DNA from: Methylococcaceae bacterium UBA2780
Lineage (GTDB): Bacteria > Pseudomonadota > Gammaproteobacteria > Methylococcales > UBA2780
Direction: 5' to 3'
Assembly (NCBI GenBank): GCA_002352345.1
Contig: DEIG01000008.1
Span: forward strand, 21,420 to 85,419
DNA length: 64,000 nt
This document shows, piece by piece, positions 28,853-37,258 of the stretch (position 1 is its first letter; each line of letters opens with the position of its first letter). Made by a program: the position numbers and the translations under genes. The notes beneath the pieces are model-generated. The model saw only the letters and a program-made list of their open reading frames with translations, made no database searches and was not told the DNA's origin.

Positions 28853-30829
28853 TTAGCGGCATTTTTTTATCAAATCCCCCCGATTCACCAAAGGCTTCTG
28901 CTGCCTTCTTTTTGGAGAGATAGTCGGCATATAGCCTGACATCTTTGACACGGGCTGTTTAAGCTGCCTTTGATAAATAACGGCATAAGTTAGAATTGCA
29001 CTGACATACTGACGTGTCTCCTTAAAAGGGATCGTCTCTATCCAGTTATCTGCGGCCATCTTATTCCCTTGTGGAAGCCAGCGATCTACTCTATGCGGCC
29101 CCGCATTATAAGCCGCCATCGCCAAAACAGGGTTTCCCTCAAATCGTTGTAGCAACTTCTGGAAATAGTCGGTTCCAAAGTGAACGTTGACCTCTGGTTT
29201 GTACAGCATTGCAGCCGACCCCCACTTCTCCTTAAGTCGACGAGCAATTTGCTTTCCCGTTGACGGCATAATCTGCATTAAACCGCGCGCTCCTACTGGG
29301 GAGCGAGCCTGCTTATCAAAAGCGCTTTCTCGGCGGATAATCCCGTAAACCAATGCTTTATCCAGCCTTTTTTTGTTTGCATGTTGCTCAATCAGTGGCC
29401 GATAGCTAACTGGAAAACGGAGAGAAAGGTCATCCCAGTATTCGCCTCTAGCTATGGTTAAAATTGCTATCTGCTCCCATTTCCACCGCTGCGCAAGCTT
29501 TGACGCCACCAATAGTTGCTCTTGATTAAATCCTTTAATCGCATGCCACCACTGGCGCCGCGCTTCAGTTTCACGCTTAAAATATAAAAACTCTTTCACC
29601 ACCAGAAAGGCTGGAAGTTGCTCTAATTTATTCAGATTATCCTGATCTACAGTCACGGGGCGATCAACGTATGAATAGTTACGATTGAGACGGTCTGAAG
29701 CCATAAAACCATAATAACTTCTTGTTTTTGCTAGCTCTTGATATTCATCATCGACAGCCGGGCTTTCTCCTTGCTCCTCCTGCGCTCTCGCCAGCCAGTA
29801 TCGCCATTTAGGCAGATTACCCTCCTCCTCTGATAATCTCGCTATCGCATTTTGTACTTTTGGCCATGCTTTCTGGCCTAAAGCATCTCTAACACGCCAC
29901 TCACGGACAGCCGAACTGCTCTGCTCATCAGATATATCATCCAGCTGTTTACGCGCTAAAGGGCTCTTTCTAACTGCCAATTTCAGAGCCAGCCGGTTCT
30001 CTACCGGCATTAACCTCGCTGGCCCCAAATCAAACTGCCCTTTCTTTGTATCCCACACCAGCAGAGCAAGCTCTGGATCTTTTCGAGCTAACCTTAGAAT
30101 GCCATGAACAAATATTTTTGCCTTCCGCCCCCCCAAAGATTCCCAGTCATAGCAATATAAAAGCTCCCTAGGATGGCGATGAATATGTTGCCACTTTTTC
30201 AAAACAGCTTGATCACCCGCCGGCAGAAAGCGGCCTAAATAGCCAGCTAAACGGCTTTTACCCGCTCCCATCGCCAGCTCAATACGTTGCCAAATCAGAC
30301 CCTCAGTGAAAAAAGAGCTCTTTTGGAACCATTCGAATAGCCGGTCGCAAGCTTTCGGCTGTGAACGGCCAACCAACCATAAATCCCGAGCACCAAACAA
30401 CGCTTTATTATCCTCACCTAACTGGTGCAGACCCCAGTAATAGTGGCACTGATAGGTTTCGTATGACTGCCCTCGATAATCCTCTACATAGCGCGCCCAT
30501 AAGTTGTTTTTTGCCAAATACTTTAACCAGCTCCGTTTTAAAGGGGCTGCATAGCGGCTATCGGACTCATTAAGCAGAAATTCTGATACTTTATCGGCCT
30601 GTTTGAGTGAGATCGTTTTGCGCAACCGGCGGTACTGAAGCCAAGAGTGAAGAGGGTAGCCCTCCAGCTTCACCATTAAGTGGTCGAAAGTTTTATATTG
30701 TCTAGCATTAAGTTCTTTTTCTGCCTTCAGAAAAATAGTTCTCTGCTGCGCGAGATCGAGATCCCCTGCCTGCAGAGAAAAACTAGCCGCTAGCAGCAAA
30801 AAAATAAATCTTATCCGTACAAACATCAT
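28853..30829 (-). CDS. slt: Soluble lytic murein transglycosylase (Slt70-like)
   Basis: Signal peptide from the ATG at 30829 (MMFVRIRFIFLLLAASFSLQA), a superhelical N-terminal region, and C-terminal SLT catalytic blocks RRESAFDKQARSPVGARGLMQIMP and AYNAGPHRV. Confidence 0.88.
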   Translation of the reverse strand: MMFVRIRFIFLLLAASFSLQAGDLDLAQQRTIFLKAEKELNARQYKTFDHLMVKLEGYPLHSWLQYRRLRKTISLKQADKVSEFLLNESDSRYAAPLKRSWLKYLAKNNLWARYVEDYRGQSYETYQCHYYWGLHQLGEDNKALFGARDLWLVGRSQPKACDRLFEWFQKSSFFTEGLIWQRIELAMGAGKSRLAGYLGRFLPAGDQAVLKKWQHIHRHPRELLYCYDWESLGGRKAKIFVHGILRLARKDPELALLVWDTKKGQFDLGPARLMPVENRLALKLAVRKSPLARKQLDDISDEQSSSAVREWRVRDALGQKAWPKVQNAIARLSEEEGNLPKWRYWLARAQEEQGESPAVDDEYQELAKTRSYYGFMASDRLNRNYSYVDRPVTVDQDNLNKLEQLPAFLVVKEFLYFKRETEARRQWWHAIKGFNQEQLLVASKLAQRWKWEQIAILTIARGEYWDDLSLRFPVSYRPLIEQHANKKRLDKALVYGIIRRESAFDKQARSPVGARGLMQIMPSTGKQIARRLKEKWGSAAMLYKPEVNVHFGTDYFQKLLQRFEGNPVLAMAAYNAGPHRVDRWLPQGNKMAADNWIETIPFKETRQYVSAILTYAVIYQRQLKQPVSKMSGYMPTISPKRRQQKPLVNRGDLIKKCR

Positions 30830-30954
30830 TCTTAACGTACAGCCTATATTTGACAGCCTCAAGAAAAGGCAAAAACAGGTCATTATCAACCTTAAAAAGG
30901 AAGTATCCTAGTAGATACCCTAAATCTCATTGGAAACAGATTTAAAAAAACAAA

Positions 30955-31782
30955 ATGGCCTTCGACCTCCATACACACTCGACCGCCTCCGACGGCACTC
31001 TAACACCAACGAAACTGGTCGAGCTAGCCAAGCAAAAAGGCATCTCTCATCTGGCGCTCACAGATCATGACACAATAGCAGGGCTCTCTGAAGCTGCGAT
31101 AGCTGCCGAGCTAGCAGGAATCACGCTTATCCCAGGTGTTGAAATTTCTGTCACCTGGCAAAAGAGGCTCTTTCATATGGTTGCTCTTAATATCAACCCT
31201 AATAATAAAGCACTCGAAGAGGGCTTAACCGGGTTGCAATCCATCCGCCTAGAACGCGCGAAACTAATGGGTGAGCGGCTAGCTAAAAAGAAAATTCCTA
31301 ACGTTTTTGAAAAAGCACAAGAGCTAGCAGGAGAGGGAATGATTACCCGCACACACTTTGCACGAGTACTGGTTGATAATGGCTATTCTTCTGATGTTAG
31401 CTCAGTTTTCGGCTCGTACCTCAAGCCAGGAAAACCAGGCTATGTTTCAACCGAGTGGGCCTCACTCGAAGAGGCTTTAGAATGGATAACAGCTGCTGGA
31501 GGCATTGCTGTCGTAGCCCACCCTGGTCGCTACCGGCTTAGTGGGAGCTGGATGAGACGCTTTTTAACCGCCTTTAAAGAATTGGGGGGAAGCGGTATTG
31601 AAGTGGTTTATGGACAGGCCAATCCTGTTGATATCACAAATGGCAGGCGACTCGCGCTCAATTTTGATTTAATGGCCTCGACAGGTTCTGATTTCCATAC
31701 CCCTGAAAATCGTTGGAGCCGCTTTGGATCTTTGCCACCTCTACCCCAAGGCGTTAAACCTATCTGGGATCTTTTTCAGTAA
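30955..31782 (+). CDS. trpH: PHP-domain phosphoesterase (TrpH/YciV family)
   Basis: MAFDLHTHSTASDG, LALTDHDT, VVAHPGRY and GSDFH are the PHP metal-binding motifs. 275 aa. Confidence 0.85.
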   Translation: MAFDLHTHSTASDGTLTPTKLVELAKQKGISHLALTDHDTIAGLSEAAIAAELAGITLIPGVEISVTWQKRLFHMVALNINPNNKALEEGLTGLQSIRLERAKLMGERLAKKKIPNVFEKAQELAGEGMITRTHFARVLVDNGYSSDVSSVFGSYLKPGKPGYVSTEWASLEEALEWITAAGGIAVVAHPGRYRLSGSWMRRFLTAFKELGGSGIEVVYGQANPVDITNGRRLALNFDLMASTGSDFHTPENRWSRFGSLPPLPQGVKPIWDLFQ

Positions 31783-31887
31783 ATCCCTGTTACCTTCTCG
31801 CAAAATTTAGATAGAAACTTTAATGAAACAGACCACTAATCAGGCAAAAAGTTGGGACTAGAGATCGACAACTGCACCTTTTCCAAG

Positions 31888-33294
31888 ATGGATTTTGAGC
31901 AATTTAGAACAAGCCTCGCACGTGAAACAGAATGGCTAAGGCAAGCCATTTCATCTAAAGCGCTCTCTGAAAAGACTCCAATTGCAGGGTTTGAAATCGA
32001 GGCATGGCTGATCGATAAGGAGATGAACGCCTCTCCTAGCAACTCATGCTTTTTAGAAAAGCTTAGCGACCCTCTCGCCACCCCGGAGCTGGCTAAATTC
32101 AATATTGAGCTAAATAACGCTCCGCGCCTGTTAAAGGGCGACGTCCTCCAGAAATTAAACGTGGAACTTGAAAATAGCTGGAAAAATGTCACACAAATAG
32201 CCCATTCTCTAGACCTTAGTGCAATCATGATTGGCATTCTGCCGACACTAGAAAAGTCATCACTTTGCCTCAAAAACATGTCCGAACTAAACCGTTTTCG
32301 GGCATTGAACGAACAGATACTAAAACAGCGTAACGCCCCGATACATCTTGATATTAGTGGCAAAGAACATCTCAAATTTGATCACCACGACGTCATGCTA
32401 GAATCTGCCGCCACCTCATTTCAGGTGCACATGCAGGTTCCACTCAGCCGTGCTCACCACTTTTACAATGCGGCCATAATTGCCTCCGCACCTTGCGTCG
32501 CTATTAGCGCCAACTCCCCTTTTTTGTTTAAACACAATCTCTGGGATGAGACACGTATCCCACTGTTCGAGCAGTCTATCGAAACGGGAGGTTTTGGAGG
32601 TGCAGCTCGGGGCCCAATACGTCGCGTCAGCTTTGGAACTGACTACGCTCGGAAATCCATAATGGAATGCTTTGAAGAGAATCTACAGCACTTCCCTCCG
32701 CTGCTCCCTATTCACTATCAGGCCGACAGCAGTGAACTTGCACACCTAAGACTCCACAATGGCACAATATGGCGATGGAACCGTCCTCTCGTCGGTTTTG
32801 ACGAAGACGGCACACCACATATCCGCATTGAACACCGAGTTATGGCGGCAGGGCCAACTATTACCGACAGCGTTGCCAATGCTGCCTTCTTTTATGGCCT
32901 CACCACAGCTATCGAGCAGCAGCTCGCCAATGAAAGCCCTCAACTCACTTTTGCGCAGAGCAAAGATAATTTCTATCAAGCCTCACGAAATGGTCTTGAG
33001 GCTCATATTTCATGGACTAATGGTGAACGGCAGCCCATCCAAACATTACTTCTAGACTGTTTATTGCCACTCGCTAAAAATGGATTGGCTCTCTTGAACA
33101 TCAATCACTCAGATGCAGAAAGCTACCTCAATATTATTCGAAAACGTGTGGAGTCCAAACAGAATGGCTGCCAATGGCAGCGTAATTTCATGAAACAGCA
33201 AAACAGAAATGACTTTGCAGAAATGGTGGAGTGCTATCTTTCTCACCAAAAAAGCGGAAATCCTATACATACTTGGCCATTATATAAATCATGA
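31888..33294 (+). CDS. GCS2-family carboxylate-amine ligase (glutamate-cysteine-ligase-like)
   Basis: GFEIEAWLID, ISANSPFLF, ETRIPLFEQS, IWRWNRP and HIRIEHRVMAAGP fit the glutamate-cysteine ligase family 2 pattern. The start is uncertain: ATG 31888, or the track's TTG at 31852. Confidence 0.7.
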   Translation: MDFEQFRTSLARETEWLRQAISSKALSEKTPIAGFEIEAWLIDKEMNASPSNSCFLEKLSDPLATPELAKFNIELNNAPRLLKGDVLQKLNVELENSWKNVTQIAHSLDLSAIMIGILPTLEKSSLCLKNMSELNRFRALNEQILKQRNAPIHLDISGKEHLKFDHHDVMLESAATSFQVHMQVPLSRAHHFYNAAIIASAPCVAISANSPFLFKHNLWDETRIPLFEQSIETGGFGGAARGPIRRVSFGTDYARKSIMECFEENLQHFPPLLPIHYQADSSELAHLRLHNGTIWRWNRPLVGFDEDGTPHIRIEHRVMAAGPTITDSVANAAFFYGLTTAIEQQLANESPQLTFAQSKDNFYQASRNGLEAHISWTNGERQPIQTLLLDCLLPLAKNGLALLNINHSDAESYLNIIRKRVESKQNGCQWQRNFMKQQNRNDFAEMVECYLSHQKSGNPIHTWPLYKS

Positions 33295-34325
33295 ACGACC
33301 AACTCTTAACGCAACTAGATCAGCTTCCAGATGGCTTTTTAACCAGTCATGCTCAGCAGCTACACAGCCTATTGCCACACCCGACACTTATCCACCTGCC
33401 TGGTCGGCTAAAAAACCCACTATTCGTCTCCATTTTACTGCATGGCAATGAGGTAACCGGCCTGCTTGCTATTCAAGAGCTCCTTAAAAAGCAGAAAGGC
33501 CGCGAACTGCCCCGCGCATTATCTATTTTTGTTGGAAATGTCTCAGCCGCACGCCATAACCTGCGCAGGCTTGAAGGACAGCCTGACTATAATCGCATCT
33601 GGCCCGGAACCACGTTGAACTCATCACCTGAAACTAAAATGGCCCGGCAGGTTTGTGATGAAATGAGCAAAAGAAAACCTTTTGCCAGCATTGATGTTCA
33701 CAACAACACTGGACTGAACCCTCACTACGCCTGCATCAACAAACTGGGACAGCCTTTTTTCCATCTTGCTGCACTTTTTAGCCGAACCGCTGTCTACTTC
33801 ACCTACCCAAAAGGGGTTCAAAGTGCCGCCTTTGCAGAAATCTGCCCAGCCGTAACCCTAGAATGCGGCAAGCCCGATCAAAAGCAGGGAGCAGAACATG
33901 CCTTAGAGTTTATCGAGAGCTGCCTTCACCTCTCTGAGCACCCACAACACCCCATTGCTCATAGTGATATAGAGCTATTTCATACCGTTGCTCAAGTTAA
34001 AATTCGTGAGAACTGCTCCTTTAGCTACCAGCAAAGTGATGTTGACCTTGCACTGGATCCCGACCTAGACCATATGAATTTTACTGAACTTCCCACTGGC
34101 ACCGTTATGGGAATATCAAAAAACAGATCACAGCCGCCTGTTATCGCCAACAATGATGATGGAGAGGATGTTACAGAGCGTTACTTCAACCTGAAAGATA
34201 ATGATCTCATCATAAAAAAACCGCTAATGCCGGCCATGCTCACGCTCGATGAACGCGTTATTGAGCAGGACTGCTTCTGCTATCTGATGGAAAGAATGTC
34301 CTACGATTTAATCAAAACAGCCTAA
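33291..34325 (+). CDS. Succinylglutamate desuccinylase/aspartoacylase (AstE/AspA, M14-like) family zinc hydrolase
   Basis: VSILLHGNEVTG (zinc-binding H-x-x-E), DVHNNTG and TLECGK blocks. The start overlaps the upstream stop (ATGA at 33291-33294). Confidence 0.72.
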   Translation: MNDQLLTQLDQLPDGFLTSHAQQLHSLLPHPTLIHLPGRLKNPLFVSILLHGNEVTGLLAIQELLKKQKGRELPRALSIFVGNVSAARHNLRRLEGQPDYNRIWPGTTLNSSPETKMARQVCDEMSKRKPFASIDVHNNTGLNPHYACINKLGQPFFHLAALFSRTAVYFTYPKGVQSAAFAEICPAVTLECGKPDQKQGAEHALEFIESCLHLSEHPQHPIAHSDIELFHTVAQVKIRENCSFSYQQSDVDLALDPDLDHMNFTELPTGTVMGISKNRSQPPVIANNDDGEDVTERYFNLKDNDLIIKKPLMPAMLTLDERVIEQDCFCYLMERMSYDLIKTA

Positions 34326-34756
34326 TGAAAGAAGCTTTTTGGAAAACCAAGTCATTCTCTGAAATGACTGAGCGAGAATGGGAAAGCCTTTGCGATGGCT
34401 GCGCTAAATGTTGTCTCGTTAAACTAGAGGATGAGGAGACAAATGAGCTTCACTACACCAATGTTGTCTGTGATCTTCTTGACCTTGAACGCTGTAGTTG
34501 CACTAAATATTGGGAAAGAACTCGACTTGTTCCTGAGTGCATTAAATTAACCCCTCAACATCTGGGCAAGCTGCCTTGGATGCCGGAAACATGCGCTTAT
34601 CGCCTACTGTCAGAGGGAAAAGAGTTACCTTCATGGCATCCTTTGATATCGGGGGACCCTAACTCAACACATGAAGCAGGAGTTTCCGTTCGTGCTTATG
34701 CGGTGCATGAATCTGAAGTCGATGACTTGGAAGATCATATTGTAGATTTGAGCTAG
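34325..34756 (+). CDS. ycgN: UPF0260 cysteine-cluster protein YcgN
   Basis: FWKTKSFSEMTEREWESLCDGCAKCC, TCAYRLLSEGKELPSWHPL. Close to E. coli YcgN as I remember it. The start overlaps the upstream stop by 1 nt (TAATG). Confidence 0.85.
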   Translation: MKEAFWKTKSFSEMTEREWESLCDGCAKCCLVKLEDEETNELHYTNVVCDLLDLERCSCTKYWERTRLVPECIKLTPQHLGKLPWMPETCAYRLLSEGKELPSWHPLISGDPNSTHEAGVSVRAYAVHESEVDDLEDHIVDLS

Positions 34757-34764
34757 AACAGCCT

Positions 34765-34820
34765 GCTCTGATAATAAAAAAGGGTGATAATTAATTATCA
34801 CCCTTTTTTATTATCAGAGC
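34765..34820. terminator. 56-bp perfect palindrome, bidirectional terminator between ycgN and the 95-aa gene
   Basis: GCTCTGATAATAAAAAAGGGTGATAATT / AATTATCACCCTTTTTTATTATCAGAGC. I verified base by base that it equals its own reverse complement. The core is a GGGTGATAATT hairpin flanked by A6 and T6. Confidence 0.8.
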
Positions 34821-34828
34821 ATTAGAGC

Positions 34829-35116
34829 TTATTCTTTACCGATCCAGCCCTGCAATGCATCAATAATCCCCTGTGCCTGCGCTTCGCTTGAGATATTGAA
34901 CTTTGATTTTGGCGAATAATTACCATCTCGTTTCTGGTAGCGGCGGATGGTGAATTTAACCGGGCCGTACTCTTCTTTTGTACGATTCCAATCTTGGTAT
35001 TTGTACATAATCGTTGCCCAAGCACCTTTTGTTAGTACGATCTTATCAAGCTCTTTGACCGTCTCAAGGTCGCCTTCTGAATAACTTACCGTTAATTCAT
35101 CAACTGTTTCAGCCAC
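34829..35116 (-). CDS. Hypothetical 95-aa protein, no family recognised
   Basis: GTG start at 35116 with GGAGA 5 nt upstream. The composition looks coding (KYQDWNRTKEEYGPVKFTIRRYQKRDG). It is bounded by strong structures on both sides. Confidence 0.55.
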   Translation of the reverse strand: MAETVDELTVSYSEGDLETVKELDKIVLTKGAWATIMYKYQDWNRTKEEYGPVKFTIRRYQKRDGNYSPKSKFNISSEAQAQGIIDALQGWIGKE

Positions 35117-35141
35117 TTCAATCTCCTATTTATCTATTACT

Positions 35142-35170
35142 AAAATTAGAAAGGCGGCCCATCAGCCGCC
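35142..35170 (-). terminator. Hairpin (terminator or attenuator) between the SRPBCC gene and the 95-aa gene
   Basis: On the minus strand: GGCGGC, loop tgatgg, GCCGCC, followed by tttctaatttt. It ends only about 25 nt before the downstream GTG start. Confidence 0.5.
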
Positions 35171-35199
35171 CCGAAACCAATAAAATTTATCTAATTTGG

Positions 35200-35742
35200 C
35201 TACTCTGCAGAGCTTTCTTCCAAATTCTCGACAGAACTTTCAAGCATATTTTTAAGGTTATCAAGGCCTGCTCGATAAATACCACTCACCCCTTTTTTCA
35301 CCTCTTCAGGATTCGCATCACCAACTGTCCCAAAATCCCCCATCCAGGTTACTGTTGAACCACCTGCCTGATTCGCTTTTACAGAAAACCAAGAGACATA
35401 GTTTTGCACCGGCAAAACGGCCGGATCAACTTTGGTAATTTGGTAGGTAAAACTCATGCTGCCATCACTAAAACTCATCAACTTTTCTGTAATAGTCGGC
35501 CCACCCAAATCTAAAACGCGAATGCTACCGCTGTTATTGCCATCAGAAGTGGTCGAACTTTGTACGGCAGGATGCCACCCTTGAAGGTTCCCAAAATTCT
35601 TTGCCACCTTCCAAACCTCTGCCGGTGTAGCAGCTATCTCAGCCGCTTCTGTCACATGATTTTCTCTATGATGTCCCGCATTGACAGCTGTCACAAAAAG
35701 CCCAAATAAAAGTGCCGATAAAAAAATTAGTTTTTGTCTCAT
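35200..35742 (-). CDS. Secreted SRPBCC-superfamily (polyketide cyclase/MxaD-like) protein
   Basis: Signal peptide MRQKLIFLSALLFGLFVTAVNA, then PAEVWKVAKNFGNLQGWHPAV, typical of SRPBCC ligand-binding domains. Confidence 0.65.
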   Translation of the reverse strand: MRQKLIFLSALLFGLFVTAVNAGHHRENHVTEAAEIAATPAEVWKVAKNFGNLQGWHPAVQSSTTSDGNNSGSIRVLDLGGPTITEKLMSFSDGSMSFTYQITKVDPAVLPVQNYVSWFSVKANQAGGSTVTWMGDFGTVGDANPEEVKKGVSGIYRAGLDNLKNMLESSVENLEESSAE

Positions 35743-35753
35743 ATTCTTTCCCC

Positions 35754-37199
35754 TTAAATAATCGCTAACGCATAGCGCTTGAGTTCTTTAATTATTGTCA
35801 GCTGCATGGTGCTATGTTTATGCTCTTTTAGCAAGGCATCCAACTTATCAAGATAGGCATCCCTGACTGAAAAACCCTCCTCCTCACCATTCAACAATTT
35901 CTGCCGACGAAACAGTTCCCACTGCTCTGCATCGTTAGCGCTTAATGTTTCAGGATAGTTACGGGCTCGATAGCGAAACAGCATCTCTGGTAATCTCGTA
36001 TCATCAAAGATCGTTTCGTATTCTACAAGCTTGTCAGGTGTCATTTTAGTAATCGCAACCATTTTTGATCTATCTGTATTGCTAAAAAAACCACCGCTGT
36101 AGAGCATTTTGTCTGGGTCTGAGACTTTTTCAAATGGAGGGCTTTCCATAACCTGCTGAATCTTTTTTTCCAGCCCTGTAACCTCTTTGATTATGGCAAG
36201 GTTTTCCTTGCAGCGTTCTATATCAATCTCATAATGTTCCGCACGCTCTTTAGAGAGTGTCCCTAAAGGTGCAATAGCTGGACATTTGTTAAGGTGAACC
36301 GTTTTTAATGGGATTCGCTCAACACCTTCTGGCAGCTCCGATACTGGAGTGAATAGGCGCTTTTTAATCTCCTCTACCGGTAAATTGATTAACTCAGTTG
36401 GATCCACATTTAAATCATAAACAATCACACCATTCTTATTAACAGGGTGTTGAGCTAGCGGCGAGACAACCGCCAGACAGCCCTTACTCGCTGGATACAT
36501 TCCCGAAACATGCACGAATGGCTTTTTATCCGCAACACTCAATAGCCGTCCTAGAGAGTGTTTATCCCTATTCTGGTAAAGATAGGAATAAAGTTTCGGC
36601 TGCTTTTCCCGAATCAGTTTTGCTAACTCAATTGTTGCATATACGTCTGAAAGTGCATCATGTGCTGATTGGTGACTAATTCCATTTGCAACCGTCAGCT
36701 CTTCCAACCTAAAGCTCGGCTTTCCATCCTCATGGTTCGGCCAGTTAATCCCCTCCGGCCTCAGTGCGCGCGCCATACGGGTCAAATCAATAATATCCCA
36801 GCGAGAATTGCCGTTTTGCCATTCTCGCGCATAAGGATCAAAGAGGTTACGATAAAGCGTATGCCGCGTTACTTCATCATCAAAACGGATGCTGTTGTAA
36901 CCCGCTACACAGCTGTTTGGACGAGAAAACTCCTTATGAATCCTTGAAATAAATTCTGACTCACAAAGACCTTTTTCGATTGCCGTTTGAGGTGTAATCC
37001 CTGTTACAAAACAGGCCTCTGGTTGAGGCAGGTAATCATTAGCCGGTTTACAGTAAATAACTAAGGGCTCTTCAACGACATTTAACGCCTCATCAGTACG
37101 AACACCAGCAAATTGCGCGGGCCGATCTAATGCAGGGTCGATCCCGAATGTTTCGTAGTCATGCCAATATATTGTTGCCGTCAATTTGTTATCACTCAT
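35754..37199 (-). CDS. sbcB: Exodeoxyribonuclease I
   Basis: YWHDYETFGIDPALDRPAQFAGVRTD and HDALSDVYATIELAKL are DnaQ-like exonuclease motifs. 481 aa from the ATG at 37199. Confidence 0.92.
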   Translation of the reverse strand: MSDNKLTATIYWHDYETFGIDPALDRPAQFAGVRTDEALNVVEEPLVIYCKPANDYLPQPEACFVTGITPQTAIEKGLCESEFISRIHKEFSRPNSCVAGYNSIRFDDEVTRHTLYRNLFDPYAREWQNGNSRWDIIDLTRMARALRPEGINWPNHEDGKPSFRLEELTVANGISHQSAHDALSDVYATIELAKLIREKQPKLYSYLYQNRDKHSLGRLLSVADKKPFVHVSGMYPASKGCLAVVSPLAQHPVNKNGVIVYDLNVDPTELINLPVEEIKKRLFTPVSELPEGVERIPLKTVHLNKCPAIAPLGTLSKERAEHYEIDIERCKENLAIIKEVTGLEKKIQQVMESPPFEKVSDPDKMLYSGGFFSNTDRSKMVAITKMTPDKLVEYETIFDDTRLPEMLFRYRARNYPETLSANDAEQWELFRRQKLLNGEEEGFSVRDAYLDKLDALLKEHKHSTMQLTIIKELKRYALAII

Positions 37200-37258
37200 C
37201 GAAAGAACCCAGTAAGCCGGTATAATGTCCGACTCAAAGTAACTTGTCGAGATAGCGA

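Noticed and set aside
31836-32375. A 179-aa minus-strand ORF that lies almost entirely inside the GCS2-like ligase gene.
   Set aside because: It is antisense to a gene with clear family motifs. It has no recognisable domains, a Ser/Cys/Phe-rich composition typical of antisense frames, and no Shine-Dalgarno sequence.
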